A stretch of 39,847 bases of DNA from Planctomycetota bacterium (GTDB lineage: Bacteria > Planctomycetota > Planctomycetia > Planctomycetales > Planctomycetaceae): positions 1 to 39,847 of the forward strand of contig JANOUN010001537.1 in NCBI GenBank assembly GCA_031416875.1, written 5' to 3'. The notes under the pieces were generated by a model, which did not search any database, was not told the DNA's origin, and was given only the letters and a program-made list of their open reading frames with translations. Numbering within the stretch: position 1 is the first letter of the stretch; the number at the start of each line of letters is the position of its first letter. Position numbers and translations under genes: made by a program. Shown here one piece after another: positions 33,216-39,847 of this stretch.

Positions 33216-34123
33216 GAATCCGCACCATCAAACCAGAGTTTTGGAGTCACCCAATCTTGTCGGCTCAGGATCCAGTCGTTCGGCTTGGCGCTATCGGCCT
33301 CTTGAATCTCGCAGACGATGGCGGGTATTTTATGGCGACACCAGCGCTTGTAAGGTCAGCGCTATTCCCGCTCGACGAAGACTCGACGAATGCTCGACGA
33401 GTGCTCGCTACACTTTCTTCCGTGGGATATATTGAGACAAGGAATCACCCAACGCATGGGGATGTGGGCATGGTCGTAAACTTCGCCAAACACCAGAGAA
33501 TTGATCGCCCAAGTCCTTCTAAGATAAGGGATTACTTCGATTCGACGAATGTTCGACGAACGCTCGACGATCATTCGCTGCTGTATCAGGGATCAGGGAT
33601 CAAGGGAAAGGAACAGGGAGCAGGGAGCGTGGAAGTATCGCCTGCGGCTCCTCGTCCTAAAAGATTTGTTCCTCCGACTCTTCTTGAAGTCACGGATTAC
33701 TGCAAGACTCGCCAGAACGGGGTTGACGCCGAGCAGTTCCTAAACCGCTATGAATCGAATGGTTGGCTGGTTGGTAAGTCTCCGATGAAAAACTGGCAAG
33801 CGGCGATTAGGACATGGGAAAAGAATGGTTTTTCGTCGACTCAGGCTCCCCAGACATCTCCCGCCAAGGATTGCGGGAAGGATCTACGAAGGGATTTTCC
33901 TGATGTGCTCAAGTGGACGGGCGCGGAAGCTGTCGGGGCAAAGCTTTCGGAGTACGGGCTGGCTGAGGTCAGGGCCGTCTTAGAGATAGCTAAAAAGAAC
34001 GGGCTTTGCTTTAACGCTACCGAGTGGGCCGAGGCATTTGATGGTCGACGGTCAGACTATGGCGGATGGGATTTCTGGAAGCCGAGAAAAAAGCTTAGCG
34101 AATTGCAAAAGGGCACGCCATGA
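33212..34123 (+). CDS. Replication initiation/organiser protein (303 aa) carrying internal iterons
   Basis: MRIRTIKPEFWSHP...GLLNLADDGGYF...VNFAKHQRI N-terminal signature. C-terminal FVPPTLLEVTDYCKTRQNGVDAEQFLNRYESNGWLVG is typical of phage DnaD/O-like organisers. ATGA coupling upstream. Confidence 0.55.
   Translation: MRIRTIKPEFWSHPILSAQDPVVRLGAIGLLNLADDGGYFMATPALVRSALFPLDEDSTNARRVLATLSSVGYIETRNHPTHGDVGMVVNFAKHQRIDRPSPSKIRDYFDSTNVRRTLDDHSLLYQGSGIKGKEQGAGSVEVSPAAPRPKRFVPPTLLEVTDYCKTRQNGVDAEQFLNRYESNGWLVGKSPMKNWQAAIRTWEKNGFSSTQAPQTSPAKDCGKDLRRDFPDVLKWTGAEAVGAKLSEYGLAEVRAVLEIAKKNGLCFNATEWAEAFDGRRSDYGGWDFWKPRKKLSELQKGTP
33371..33408 (+). repeat. Iteron cluster 1: CTCGACGA repeated at an exact 11-bp period
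   Basis: Copies start at 33371, 33382 and 33393, with a partial copy at 33404. Confidence 0.7.
33541..33578 (+). repeat. Iteron cluster 2: (T/C)TCGACGA repeated at an exact 11-bp period
   Basis: Copies start at 33541, 33552 and 33563, with a partial copy at 33574. Followed by CAGGGA purine-rich repeats (33585-33630). Confidence 0.7.
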
Positions 34124-34371
34124 ACCTCCGAGACAAATCCTTCGCCCAGGACCGCCAACGCATAGCCACACAGGCAATCCTTGCCCGTTGCCGGTCGATT
34201 CTAGACACTTTGACGGAGTTCCATATATCCTCGGTAGCAATCGGACGCTTTGAGGCTGTAATCGACTCTGGTGCGCTTGTGGGTGAACTGGAGAAAGCGC
34301 AGAAGTACATGGAGCAGGCGCATCGACTTCAAGCCGACATCGACAAGTTGACCACCGAAGGGCTAAAATGA
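34120..34371 (+). CDS. Hypothetical 83-aa protein
   Basis: ATGA coupling at both ends. Confidence 0.55.
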   Translation: MNLRDKSFAQDRQRIATQAILARCRSILDTLTEFHISSVAIGRFEAVIDSGALVGELEKAQKYMEQAHRLQADIDKLTTEGLK

Positions 34372-34604
34372 CCATCACCGCAAGCAGCAACCAGCCCAAA
34401 AGCTACCGCTACCGATTACTAGACCAGATTTGGAGGGACGCTTGCAGCGACTCGTTTGAGTGGCGGTCAGTGCCAGAGTCGACGAACGTCTTCAACGAGA
34501 AGCCATGCGGCAGGTTTTGCAGCCTGGCGACCGGCGACACGATCACGTGCCAAGGGCTGCCGGATGGTTCGCATTCGTTTACTTTTGAGCAGGGGGAGAA
34601 ATGA
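34368..34604 (+). CDS. Hypothetical 78-aa protein, paralogous to 38049..38318
   Basis: Shares YRLLDQIWRDAC / YKILRHLFHLAC and TGD...FTFEQG / TGD...FTFKQG with the minus-strand gene. Confidence 0.55.
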   Translation: MTITASSNQPKSYRYRLLDQIWRDACSDSFEWRSVPESTNVFNEKPCGRFCSLATGDTITCQGLPDGSHSFTFEQGEK

Positions 34605-34804
34605 GCAGTCAGCGAAAAATAGTCCATAACGGGTTGCTGCTGAAGTTAATCCTTCGCGCAATGCAGGTTGCAGAGCCGATCCGCTGGCGTGAAGTTGTGG
34701 AAGAAATGCGATACAGCAGACCGTTGCGCAAGCTTATTTTACGGGAGGCAAGGGGCGATGTCAATTTTCGGATTTACTGCGCTTCTCTGAGGGTAAAAAT
34801 ATGA
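34601..34804 (+). CDS. Hypothetical 67-aa protein
   Basis: ATGA coupling at both ends. Confidence 0.5.
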   Translation: MSSQRKIVHNGLLLKLILRAMQVAEPIRWREVVEEMRYSRPLRKLILREARGDVNFRIYCASLRVKI

Positions 34805-35001
34805 AACTGCTGCCTTGTCCGTTCTGCGGATCACCGGCTTGGGTCCAGGCTGACGATATTATCGGGAACTCTATCCGGTGCAGCACTTGCGTCTTGCGAC
34901 TGTACGGACATGGAGGAGACAGAGACGCGCTAATTCTGCTATGGAACACGCGCTTGACATCATCGCGGGACGTGCAGGATACGGGGGAGGAGATAAAATG
35001 A
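34801..35001 (+). CDS. Lar-family restriction-alleviation-like protein (66 aa)
   Basis: MKLLPCPFCGS...IRCSTC...DALILLWNTR matches the Lar pattern (CPFCG...C..C...A...WN.R). Confidence 0.65.
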   Translation: MKLLPCPFCGSPAWVQADDIIGNSIRCSTCVLRLYGHGGDRDALILLWNTRLTSSRDVQDTGEEIK

Positions 35002-35192
35002 GCGACCAAAGGATAGCGGCCACGGGGATGTGGGACATTTCCATTCTTGTCGAGTGCCCAGTGTGCGATGAGTATTTTGACATGGTTCAAAATAACCATG
35101 AGCTCCTAATTGATAATGACCTGGAAACGAAGGCCGTCGAGGCAACATGCCCCCGCTGTCGCCATGAACTCACCGTCAATCTGGAGTTTTGA
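34998..35192 (+). CDS. Zinc-ribbon mini-protein (64 aa)
   Basis: CPVC...CPRC; its ATG overlaps the upstream stop (ATGA). Confidence 0.5.
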   Translation: MSDQRIAATGMWDISILVECPVCDEYFDMVQNNHELLIDNDLETKAVEATCPRCRHELTVNLEF

Positions 35193-35193
35193 A

Positions 35194-35574
35194 ATGAACA
35201 ACATCGTAGACATCAATAAAAAATACACCACACGCGACGAACGGGAGGTGGTTATTTTTGAGGTATCTGATAGGGTTTATTGTAAAATCAAATGTAGCGA
35301 CGGATGGGCGGCGGTGTCCCGACAGCTAAGTGGGATGCTTTATGACTTCGGAAAATACAGCAACAGCGACCTAATCTTGGCAAAAACGTGGCGGGCGTGG
35401 AAGAAGGAAGAGGTGCCTAAGCTTTTTATGGCACAGCACAAGATCAGCAGAGGCCAGCGTATCGCCTGTGCGAATGGTGACGAGAGCACAAAGGAGCTTT
35501 CTTATTTATTCACTAACTACGACTGGCTCCACGAAGACGGCACGACCACGCCTTGCGGGGTATTAGACGGATGA
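35194..35574 (+). CDS. Hypothetical 126-aa protein
   Basis: ATG 35194, 1 nt after the upstream stop; the ORF is open from 35110. Confidence 0.5.
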   Translation: MNNIVDINKKYTTRDEREVVIFEVSDRVYCKIKCSDGWAAVSRQLSGMLYDFGKYSNSDLILAKTWRAWKKEEVPKLFMAQHKISRGQRIACANGDESTKELSYLFTNYDWLHEDGTTTPCGVLDG

Positions 35575-35726
35575 AAACGCCACGCAAGATAGAAAAACAC
35601 GGGACCGTTACGGTGGCCATTTATGAAAACGGAAGGATAAAAGTGCTGGATTCGCCGCTTAGGAGATCGCTTGGGTACGGGCCGAGGAAGACGGCTAAAA
35701 CGAAGGACGAGGCATTAGAACAATGA
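35571..35726 (+). CDS. 51-aa mini-protein (MKTPRKIEKHGTVTVAIYENGRIKV...), below the ORF-track cutoff
   Basis: Own translation; ATGA overlaps at both ends. Confidence 0.45.
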   Translation: MKTPRKIEKHGTVTVAIYENGRIKVLDSPLRRSLGYGPRKTAKTKDEALEQ

Positions 35727-35890
35727 AACTCAAATACGACCCGCCAAAACCACACAAAGGAATTCCCGTCTATATTGACGGTGTTCTTTTTGATAAAATG
35801 ACGATGTCGCAATATGACGCGGTGCAGGCATGCTGGCCGAATGGGGCTTATGTTGTCCGCGTTTACGAAGAAAAGAAAGAAATCAAATGA
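35723..35890 (+). CDS. 55-aa mini-protein (MKLKYDPPKPHKGIPVYIDGVLF...), below the ORF-track cutoff
   Basis: Own translation; ATGA overlaps at both ends. Confidence 0.45.
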   Translation: MKLKYDPPKPHKGIPVYIDGVLFDKMTMSQYDAVQACWPNGAYVVRVYEEKKEIK

Positions 35891-36417
35891 CCACATACAC
35901 CTGTACTAAGTGCGGCGAGGCTGGACTGGGAATGTACGGACACCACGACAGCGAGACTGACGGGTTCACCTGCGATAAAAAGAAAGCGGAGCCGCCCTCG
36001 CCCGTTGCTGGCATTGAAGACTCGGATAAGCCGATTAAGTTGTTGACTCGGGGGTGTTATGATAGCAGTGATCAGTATTTTGAATACTACGACATAGAGG
36101 AGACGCAAAAATCGGTAAGGGAGTTTGTCGCGCGGAGTAAAAACGAGCGAGCCGTGCTCAAGAAAGAGGTGGAAGAAAAGAGGTGGGACGTGGTGTCGTG
36201 GGGCCAGAAATATGAGCGCGTTCTTTGTGAATTGGTGGAGGCAAAAAAAGAGTGGGACGTGCTCAAGAAAGAAAACGAGGCGCTGAAAAAGATTGAGCGT
36301 CAGCGGTGGGAGGGTGTTAATAAAACATTCGGGACTAATTACTCTACCGAGAAATTGAATATGCTGGCGCGATTCAATCCTTCATTTGGCGGCGATCAAA
36401 AACCGGAAGGCACCTAA
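35887..36417 (+). CDS. Hypothetical 176-aa protein: N-terminal Cys pair, C-terminal coiled coil
   Basis: MTTYTCTKCGEAG..., then KKEVEEKRWD...VEAKKEWDVLKKENEALKKIE. Confidence 0.55.
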   Translation: MTTYTCTKCGEAGLGMYGHHDSETDGFTCDKKKAEPPSPVAGIEDSDKPIKLLTRGCYDSSDQYFEYYDIEETQKSVREFVARSKNERAVLKKEVEEKRWDVVSWGQKYERVLCELVEAKKEWDVLKKENEALKKIERQRWEGVNKTFGTNYSTEKLNMLARFNPSFGGDQKPEGT

Positions 36418-36590
36418 TGAGCGGATCACAACGGCGCAAGGAGCAGCAGCTACGCATCCGCTGGATGTTCGGCTGCCCAGCGTGCAAGTCGCACAAGTTT
36501 CGGACGGACAAATTCAGTGAGCCAATTTGCAACGGCAAGGTTCAACTAACATTCACTTGCCCATGCGGGCAGAAAGAAAGCACGGAATGA
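36417..36590 (+). CDS. 57-aa zinc-ribbon mini-protein, below the ORF-track cutoff
   Basis: Own translation: GCPACKSH...FTCPCGQ. TAATG upstream and ATGA downstream coupling. Confidence 0.45.
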   Translation: MSGSQRRKEQQLRIRWMFGCPACKSHKFRTDKFSEPICNGKVQLTFTCPCGQKESTE

Positions 36591-36964
36591 TTTATTTACA
36601 GACAGAATATGACATAAAAATGAAAGGCTTACTTTCGCAAAGGGCTATCGGGATCAAAAATATGCAGATTTTTCTTGCGTGCCATCGCGCAGAGGGGAGC
36701 GAGCGGACCAAGCAGGCGCTGATTGAGTCGCAGAATGTTTTACGACGTGTCAATGAAGCACTGTCAGAAATGGGCGAAATATCACGCAGAATGGAGGGCG
36801 GCGGCGTGGCAAAGACCAAGCGGGAGTTAATCGGATCCCTTATGGTCTGGTCTGATCAAATGGCAGACAGCAATAAGAATCCGGCGACACCAGCGGCGGA
36901 AAAGTTATTCAATCAACGAGCCATTGACCGGATTGCACAAATCCTGAAAGCGAATGAACCATGA
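36587..36964 (+). CDS. Hypothetical 125-aa protein
   Basis: ATG 36587 overlaps the upstream stop; the ORF is open from 36527. Confidence 0.5.
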   Translation: MIYLQTEYDIKMKGLLSQRAIGIKNMQIFLACHRAEGSERTKQALIESQNVLRRVNEALSEMGEISRRMEGGGVAKTKRELIGSLMVWSDQMADSNKNPATPAAEKLFNQRAIDRIAQILKANEP

Positions 36965-37245
36965 GCGGGACCTATTTTGAACTACGGCCACTAGAGATTG
37001 GCGACTGTGGCCATCGCGACCACAAGCGCAGGATCGCCAAGGTTGACAAGATTGCAGCGGCAAGGGCCAGCCGGGAGCTATTGCCGCTGTTTATGGGCGC
37101 TATTGGGCGTAGGGGTATGTCACTGGCAGCTGCTGCACGGGAGCTTGCTAGCGTGCCTTATTCGGCAATTAGCAGATGGACGTGTGGCGATGCTGACCTG
37201 CCGCCTAAGTACTTGGAAGCGGTGACTGCGTGGGTGAGTAAATGA
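36961..37245 (+). CDS. 94-aa protein with a C-terminal helix-turn-helix-like segment
   Basis: MSLAAAARELASVPYSAISRWTCG resembles an HTH DNA-binding unit. Confidence 0.5.
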   Translation: MSGTYFELRPLEIGDCGHRDHKRRIAKVDKIAAARASRELLPLFMGAIGRRGMSLAAAARELASVPYSAISRWTCGDADLPPKYLEAVTAWVSK

Positions 37246-37322
37246 TTATCCTATCAATTATCGGCACTATTGTGCTACTTTTCGCCGTGTTATTTTGCCT
37301 GATGGGGTGGTTTGGTTTATGA
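37242..37322 (+). CDS. 26-aa hydrophobic mini-protein (MIILSIIGTIVLLFAVLFCLMGWFGL)
   Basis: Own translation; ATGA overlap with the upstream gene. Confidence 0.35.
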   Translation: MIILSIIGTIVLLFAVLFCLMGWFGL

Positions 37323-37674
37323 ACCCGCGCTTTTATTACCTCTACGAACGAAGAGACATCAGCGAATTGTTGCCGCTGATACTGATGGGTCTTTTGTGAG
37401 GGTTTCACTGCACGCTTTGAGCCGTTATCGTGAGCGCATTGAAACAGAGGACGCGGGCACTGATGACGATGAGATTGCGGGGAATATTCTGCACGCTCTC
37501 AGGCGCTCGCGTCCGGTTCAGTTAAGATCCAAGCGAGAACGGATCGGCAAATTATTGAAGCATGGCGCGCATGCCGGCTATCGCCAATACCAAAATATGG
37601 TCATGGTGATAGCTGACGGCAGCGTGCTTTCTGTCTACGAATACTTTCCCGATAGATGGCAGGCCGTCAAATAG
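37312..37674 (+). CDS. Hypothetical protein (up to 120 aa, start uncertain)
   Basis: The ORF opens at TTG 37312. Its last 8 nt overlap the convergent gene 37667..37870. Confidence 0.4.
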   Translation: MVYEPALLLPLRTKRHQRIVAADTDGSFVRVSLHALSRYRERIETEDAGTDDDEIAGNILHALRRSRPVQLRSKRERIGKLLKHGAHAGYRQYQNMVMVIADGSVLSVYEYFPDRWQAVK

Positions 37675-37870
37675 CTGCAAGGTCCAGGTCGTTAGCGCGT
37701 GGCCAAGGCATCGGCACCACGTCGGCGGGGTCTAGGTCGATGATAACGACAACCTCTGGCTGAGGAATCCAGCACAGACGCTCCCCGTCCCAGTAGGTAC
37801 GCCACATGTTGCGCAATAAATAGCTATCTAAATTGCCTGAACGCGGGACATCAAGGCGGCGGTACTTCAT
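37667..37870 (-). CDS. Hypothetical 67-aa protein
   Basis: ATGA coupling with the upstream HTH gene. Confidence 0.5.
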   Translation of the reverse strand: MKYRRLDVPRSGNLDSYLLRNMWRTYWDGERLCWIPQPEVVVIIDLDPADVVPMPWPRANDLDLAAI

Positions 37871-38052
37871 TCAAAGCGCTCCCGTTGTCTGGCCAGCTTT
37901 AACGCAATAAGCTCGGGTATTCTTGGCGAGATCGTCCGCCCACCTGAGAGCCAGTACGCGACTGTGCGCGGGCAAACGTGGCAGAGTTCTGCGGTTCTGG
38001 CTTGGGTCAGACCGTGGAGGGATAAGAAGCGTTTAAATTCTAGGTGGTTCAT
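37867..38052 (-). CDS. Xre/Cro-like HTH transcriptional regulator (61 aa)
   Basis: LTQARTAELCHVCPRTVAYWLSGGR is a typical HTH core. Confidence 0.65.
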   Translation of the reverse strand: MNHLEFKRFLSLHGLTQARTAELCHVCPRTVAYWLSGGRTISPRIPELIALKLARQRERFE

Positions 38053-38318
38053 TTGTCTGATCCTTGCTTAAACGTAAAGAGGTGCTTGGTAAGCTCGCCG
38101 TCAACGTGGTCCCAAGATTGCGCTTTGATGACGTCACCGGTCTGGCGGTGCGTGTACTCGGTCAAAATATTCTTGGGCTTCACGTGATCGTACATTTCTG
38201 TCAATAGCTCCGACAATTCCCAGTCTTTCGGCGAATTATTGCAAGCGAGGTGGAACAGGTGTCGCAATATCTTGTATTGGTCCAACTCGCGGTCGGTGCT
38301 TGATGCGTGTGTGGTCAT
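38049..38318 (-). CDS. Hypothetical 89-aa protein, paralogous to 34368..34604
   Basis: See the shared motifs listed for 34368..34604; ATGA coupling at both ends. Confidence 0.55.
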   Translation of the reverse strand: MTTHASSTDRELDQYKILRHLFHLACNNSPKDWELSELLTEMYDHVKPKNILTEYTHRQTGDVIKAQSWDHVDGELTKHLFTFKQGSDK

Positions 38319-38764
38319 TTGGTCAGCTTTCTGGCCAACGCTTCACAGCGGGCCTTACATTGTTTGTGAAATCTGCTATCGATTAGGCATGCAGATGCAA
38401 GCGCATAATCGCGTAGCTGAATGGCTTTACCGAACCTGACGAACTTGGCCGCGCCCCGTTCGCCTAACTGGTAGACCGTCTCAGTGAGCACGTCTTGAAC
38501 ATGCGCGGGCTGGCTGGCATACGACGTGAACACCCTTGCCGCACCCACGCGTGCCTTGTTGATATCGATTATCAATAAGGCTTCCGCTTCGATTTGAGAC
38601 ACTTTTGCGCCCCGTTCGCATCGTCTGCCATAGCCGACCGTCCAATGGCCTGTAGTGTCAACGTAGGCGTGTTCTCGGAAGCCTTCGAATTGCTTGAGGT
38701 CGGAGGATACGGAGGCAAAGGCGCTCCCCGTCATTGCTAGGGCTAGGAGGAGAGGGCGGATCAT
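38315..38764 (-). CDS. GH24 (T4-lysozyme-type) endolysin with an N-terminal signal or SAR sequence
   Basis: FEGFREHAYVDTTGHWTVGYG has Glu-9-Asp-6-Thr spacing as in T4 lysozyme E11/D20/T26. N-terminus is MIRPLLLALAMTGSAFA|SV. Confidence 0.85.
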   Translation of the reverse strand: MIRPLLLALAMTGSAFASVSSDLKQFEGFREHAYVDTTGHWTVGYGRRCERGAKVSQIEAEALLIIDINKARVGAARVFTSYASQPAHVQDVLTETVYQLGERGAAKFVRFGKAIQLRDYALASACLIDSRFHKQCKARCEALARKLTK

Positions 38765-38898
38765 TTGACTGCCTTTCGTGGCTTGGTGGTGACTGATTCC
38801 GATCGCGCGCCGGGAAACATGACGTGCCAGAATTTGCAGTACGTGCGCCAGTCACAGATGTGCATTTCTGTGTTGGCTGGGAAGGGGAGGCGATTCAT
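38761..38898 (-). CDS. 45-aa mini-protein upstream of the endolysin, below the ORF-track cutoff
   Basis: Own translation (MNRLPFPANTEMHICDWRTYCKFWH...). AAGGA 6 nt upstream; its stop overlaps the endolysin ATG (ATGA). Not hydrophobic, so not an obvious holin. Confidence 0.4.
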   Translation of the reverse strand: MNRLPFPANTEMHICDWRTYCKFWHVMFPGARSESVTTKPRKAVK

Positions 38899-38940
38899 GG
38901 TGATTCCTTCTGCGGGCTTGCCGCGTTGTGATGGGGCAAC

Positions 38941-39111
38941 CTAGTCTACGATGGACGACCATTCGGCTTCCGCGTCCTTGCGGGCTTGTCTCGCTGCAAT
39001 CAACGAGAGGACTAGAGAGTCTGATAGATCGCAGTATCCCAGCTTCTCAATCCATTGTTTGAGCTGGTTTTCAATTCCGAGATAATTGGGTTCGTTGGCG
39101 CGCAGGTTCAT
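38941..39111 (-). CDS. 56-aa mini-protein, below the ORF-track cutoff
   Basis: Own translation (MNLRANEPNYLGIENQLKQWIEKLGY...); its ATG overlaps the upstream stop (ATGA). Confidence 0.4.
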   Translation of the reverse strand: MNLRANEPNYLGIENQLKQWIEKLGYCDLSDSLVLSLIAARQARKDAEAEWSSIVD

Positions 39112-39494
39112 TTTACCCCGCCAATCGTAACGCCATTCTTAGCCGCAATACGGATGAGCATCAGAGCGCAATGTCTGAACCATTGTCCTGTGATCTTGTC
39201 GGCCATCTTGGCGGGGAAGCTGTGGACACCGTGGAGCTTGGCCGCCTGCTTGATGATGTCGGTGTAGCTGTAAGCAATGCCGATTGGCAGGCCAGCGAGC
39301 CATTGAGCGACAAGCTCTTGATTGTTTGGGTAGAGTTGGCGATTGCGTGGGCAGTCGTACTCAGAAGAGAAGCGGGCCGCAACGTGGGCCAGCTTGGCGG
39401 CGAGGGCGGCGGATTCGTCGCCGTCAATGTCAATGGCATCATTCAGCATGGCGCTAAAGTTAGCGATGTATTGGGCGGAATTGGTGCGAAGCAT
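39108..39494 (-). CDS. Hypothetical 128-aa protein
   Basis: Internal ATG 39494 chosen because the longer form (from 39569) would include the conserved 19-bp promoter/operator motif. Confidence 0.5.
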   Translation of the reverse strand: MLRTNSAQYIANFSAMLNDAIDIDGDESAALAAKLAHVAARFSSEYDCPRNRQLYPNNQELVAQWLAGLPIGIAYSYTDIIKQAAKLHGVHSFPAKMADKITGQWFRHCALMLIRIAAKNGVTIGGVK

Positions 39495-39540
39495 GGGAGA
39501 CTCATTTCTGCGCAGTGCGCATTGGTGATGGTGTTGGGTA

Positions 39541-39559
39541 GAGTATGCACAAGATGCAT
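39541..39559 (-). promoter_or_regulatory. 19-bp motif GAGTATGCACAAGATGCAT (copy 2 of 2), candidate leftward promoter/operator
   Basis: The minus strand reads TTGCTT-16/17 nt-CATACT/ATACTC with the palindrome inside the spacer. Lies between genes 39585..39818 and 39108..39494. Confidence 0.45.
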
Positions 39560-39584
39560 GGGAAAGCAAGGGGCAATTTAGCGA

Positions 39585-39818
39585 TTACACCAAGACGCAC
39601 GGTCCCGCTTCCGCAATGACGCGGTCGTCCATCCGTTGGTAGTTCGGCGGCTTCCAGCGCTTGCCATCGGTGCGTGTGAACGTCAAGGAAACAATGATAC
39701 CATCCCCTTTGCGCGGGTAGCATGAGCAGAGCCGTTCGCCGATCGCTTTGTCCCCTAGGAGGTCCACCATCTGGTTAGCCGTAACGCGCACGGCAATCTT
39801 GCTTTCCATGAGCTTCAC
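39585..39818 (-). CDS. Hypothetical 77-aa protein whose 5' part lies in the terminal redundancy
   Basis: GTG 39818 or ATG 39809 start; the 5' 112 nt is duplicated at 1..112. Confidence 0.5.
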   Translation of the reverse strand: MKLMESKIAVRVTANQMVDLLGDKAIGERLCSCYPRKGDGIIVSLTFTRTDGKRWKPPNYQRMDDRVIAEAGPCVLV

Positions 39819-39847
39819 TATCCGCTGGTGATTGAAGTCTTGGCTCA
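39707..39847. repeat. Terminal redundancy copy 2, identical to 1..141
   Basis: 141/141 identity, read directly. Confidence 0.95.

Noticed and set aside
33371-33630. CRISPR array or minisatellite interpretation of the short repeats (also considered for 30922..31389)
   Set aside because: The repeat units are 8-11 bp with no unique spacers of CRISPR size, they lie inside ORFs, and there are no cas genes.
39707-39847. End repeat as a genuine T7-like direct terminal repeat
   Set aside because: It cuts through coding sequence, and its length equals a standard assembler k-mer, so an assembly overlap of a circular or permuted genome is more likely. This needs read-level confirmation.
1-39847. tRNA, tmRNA or rRNA genes
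   Set aside because: A scan for T-loop-like GTTCGAnnC/GGTTCG contexts found only occurrences inside coding sequence, none with cloverleaf-compatible flanks. This was a visual scan only; tRNAscan-SE or ARAGORN should confirm.

Overview
The window is one complete phage genome. The first 141 bp are identical to the last 141 bp (1..141 = 39707..39847), so the unique sequence is 39,706 bp and closes into a circle, either as an assembly overlap or as a terminal redundancy. Content is a tailed dsDNA phage with a podovirus-like virion module (gene order portal, scaffold, capsid, tail-tube-like, internal-virion-like). I could not recognise a phage RNA polymerase, DNA polymerase, helicase/primase or integrase. 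There are four transcription blocks. (i) + strand 1392-24567 carries packaging and virion genes. (ii) - strand 24497-31982 carries early/DNA-metabolism genes: a chain of tiny ATGA-coupled ORFs, two PD-(D/E)XK nucleases, SSB, an ASCH-like protein, a NUMOD4-HNH endonuclease and an Ala/Ser/Tyr repeat protein. (iii) + strand 32796-37674 is the replication block: an HNH protein, a replication organiser with internal 11-bp iterons, a Lar-like protein and several zinc-ribbon mini-proteins. (iv) - strand 37667-39818 continues across the junction to 139-300 and holds an HTH regulator, a signal-peptide GH24 endolysin and small ORFs. The most unusual feature is in terL. It is interrupted by two inteins, one in the Walker A loop and one in the nuclease motif. 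The larger intein has no endonuclease motif in its own frame but contains a complete HNH homing-endonuclease gene, with its own GGAGG ribosome-binding site, on the opposite strand, so about 600 nt is open in both orientations. Other points worth a second look: two large ORF-free regions (301-1391 and 31983-32795), four intergenic copies of the palindrome TGACA-N5-TGTCA, a duplicated 19-bp leftward promoter/operator, an in-frame UGA between the capsid gene and the next ORF, and a triplet-repeat Ala/Ser/Tyr protein. I found no tRNA, rRNA or CRISPR array. All functional calls come from motifs read by eye. No database search was run.
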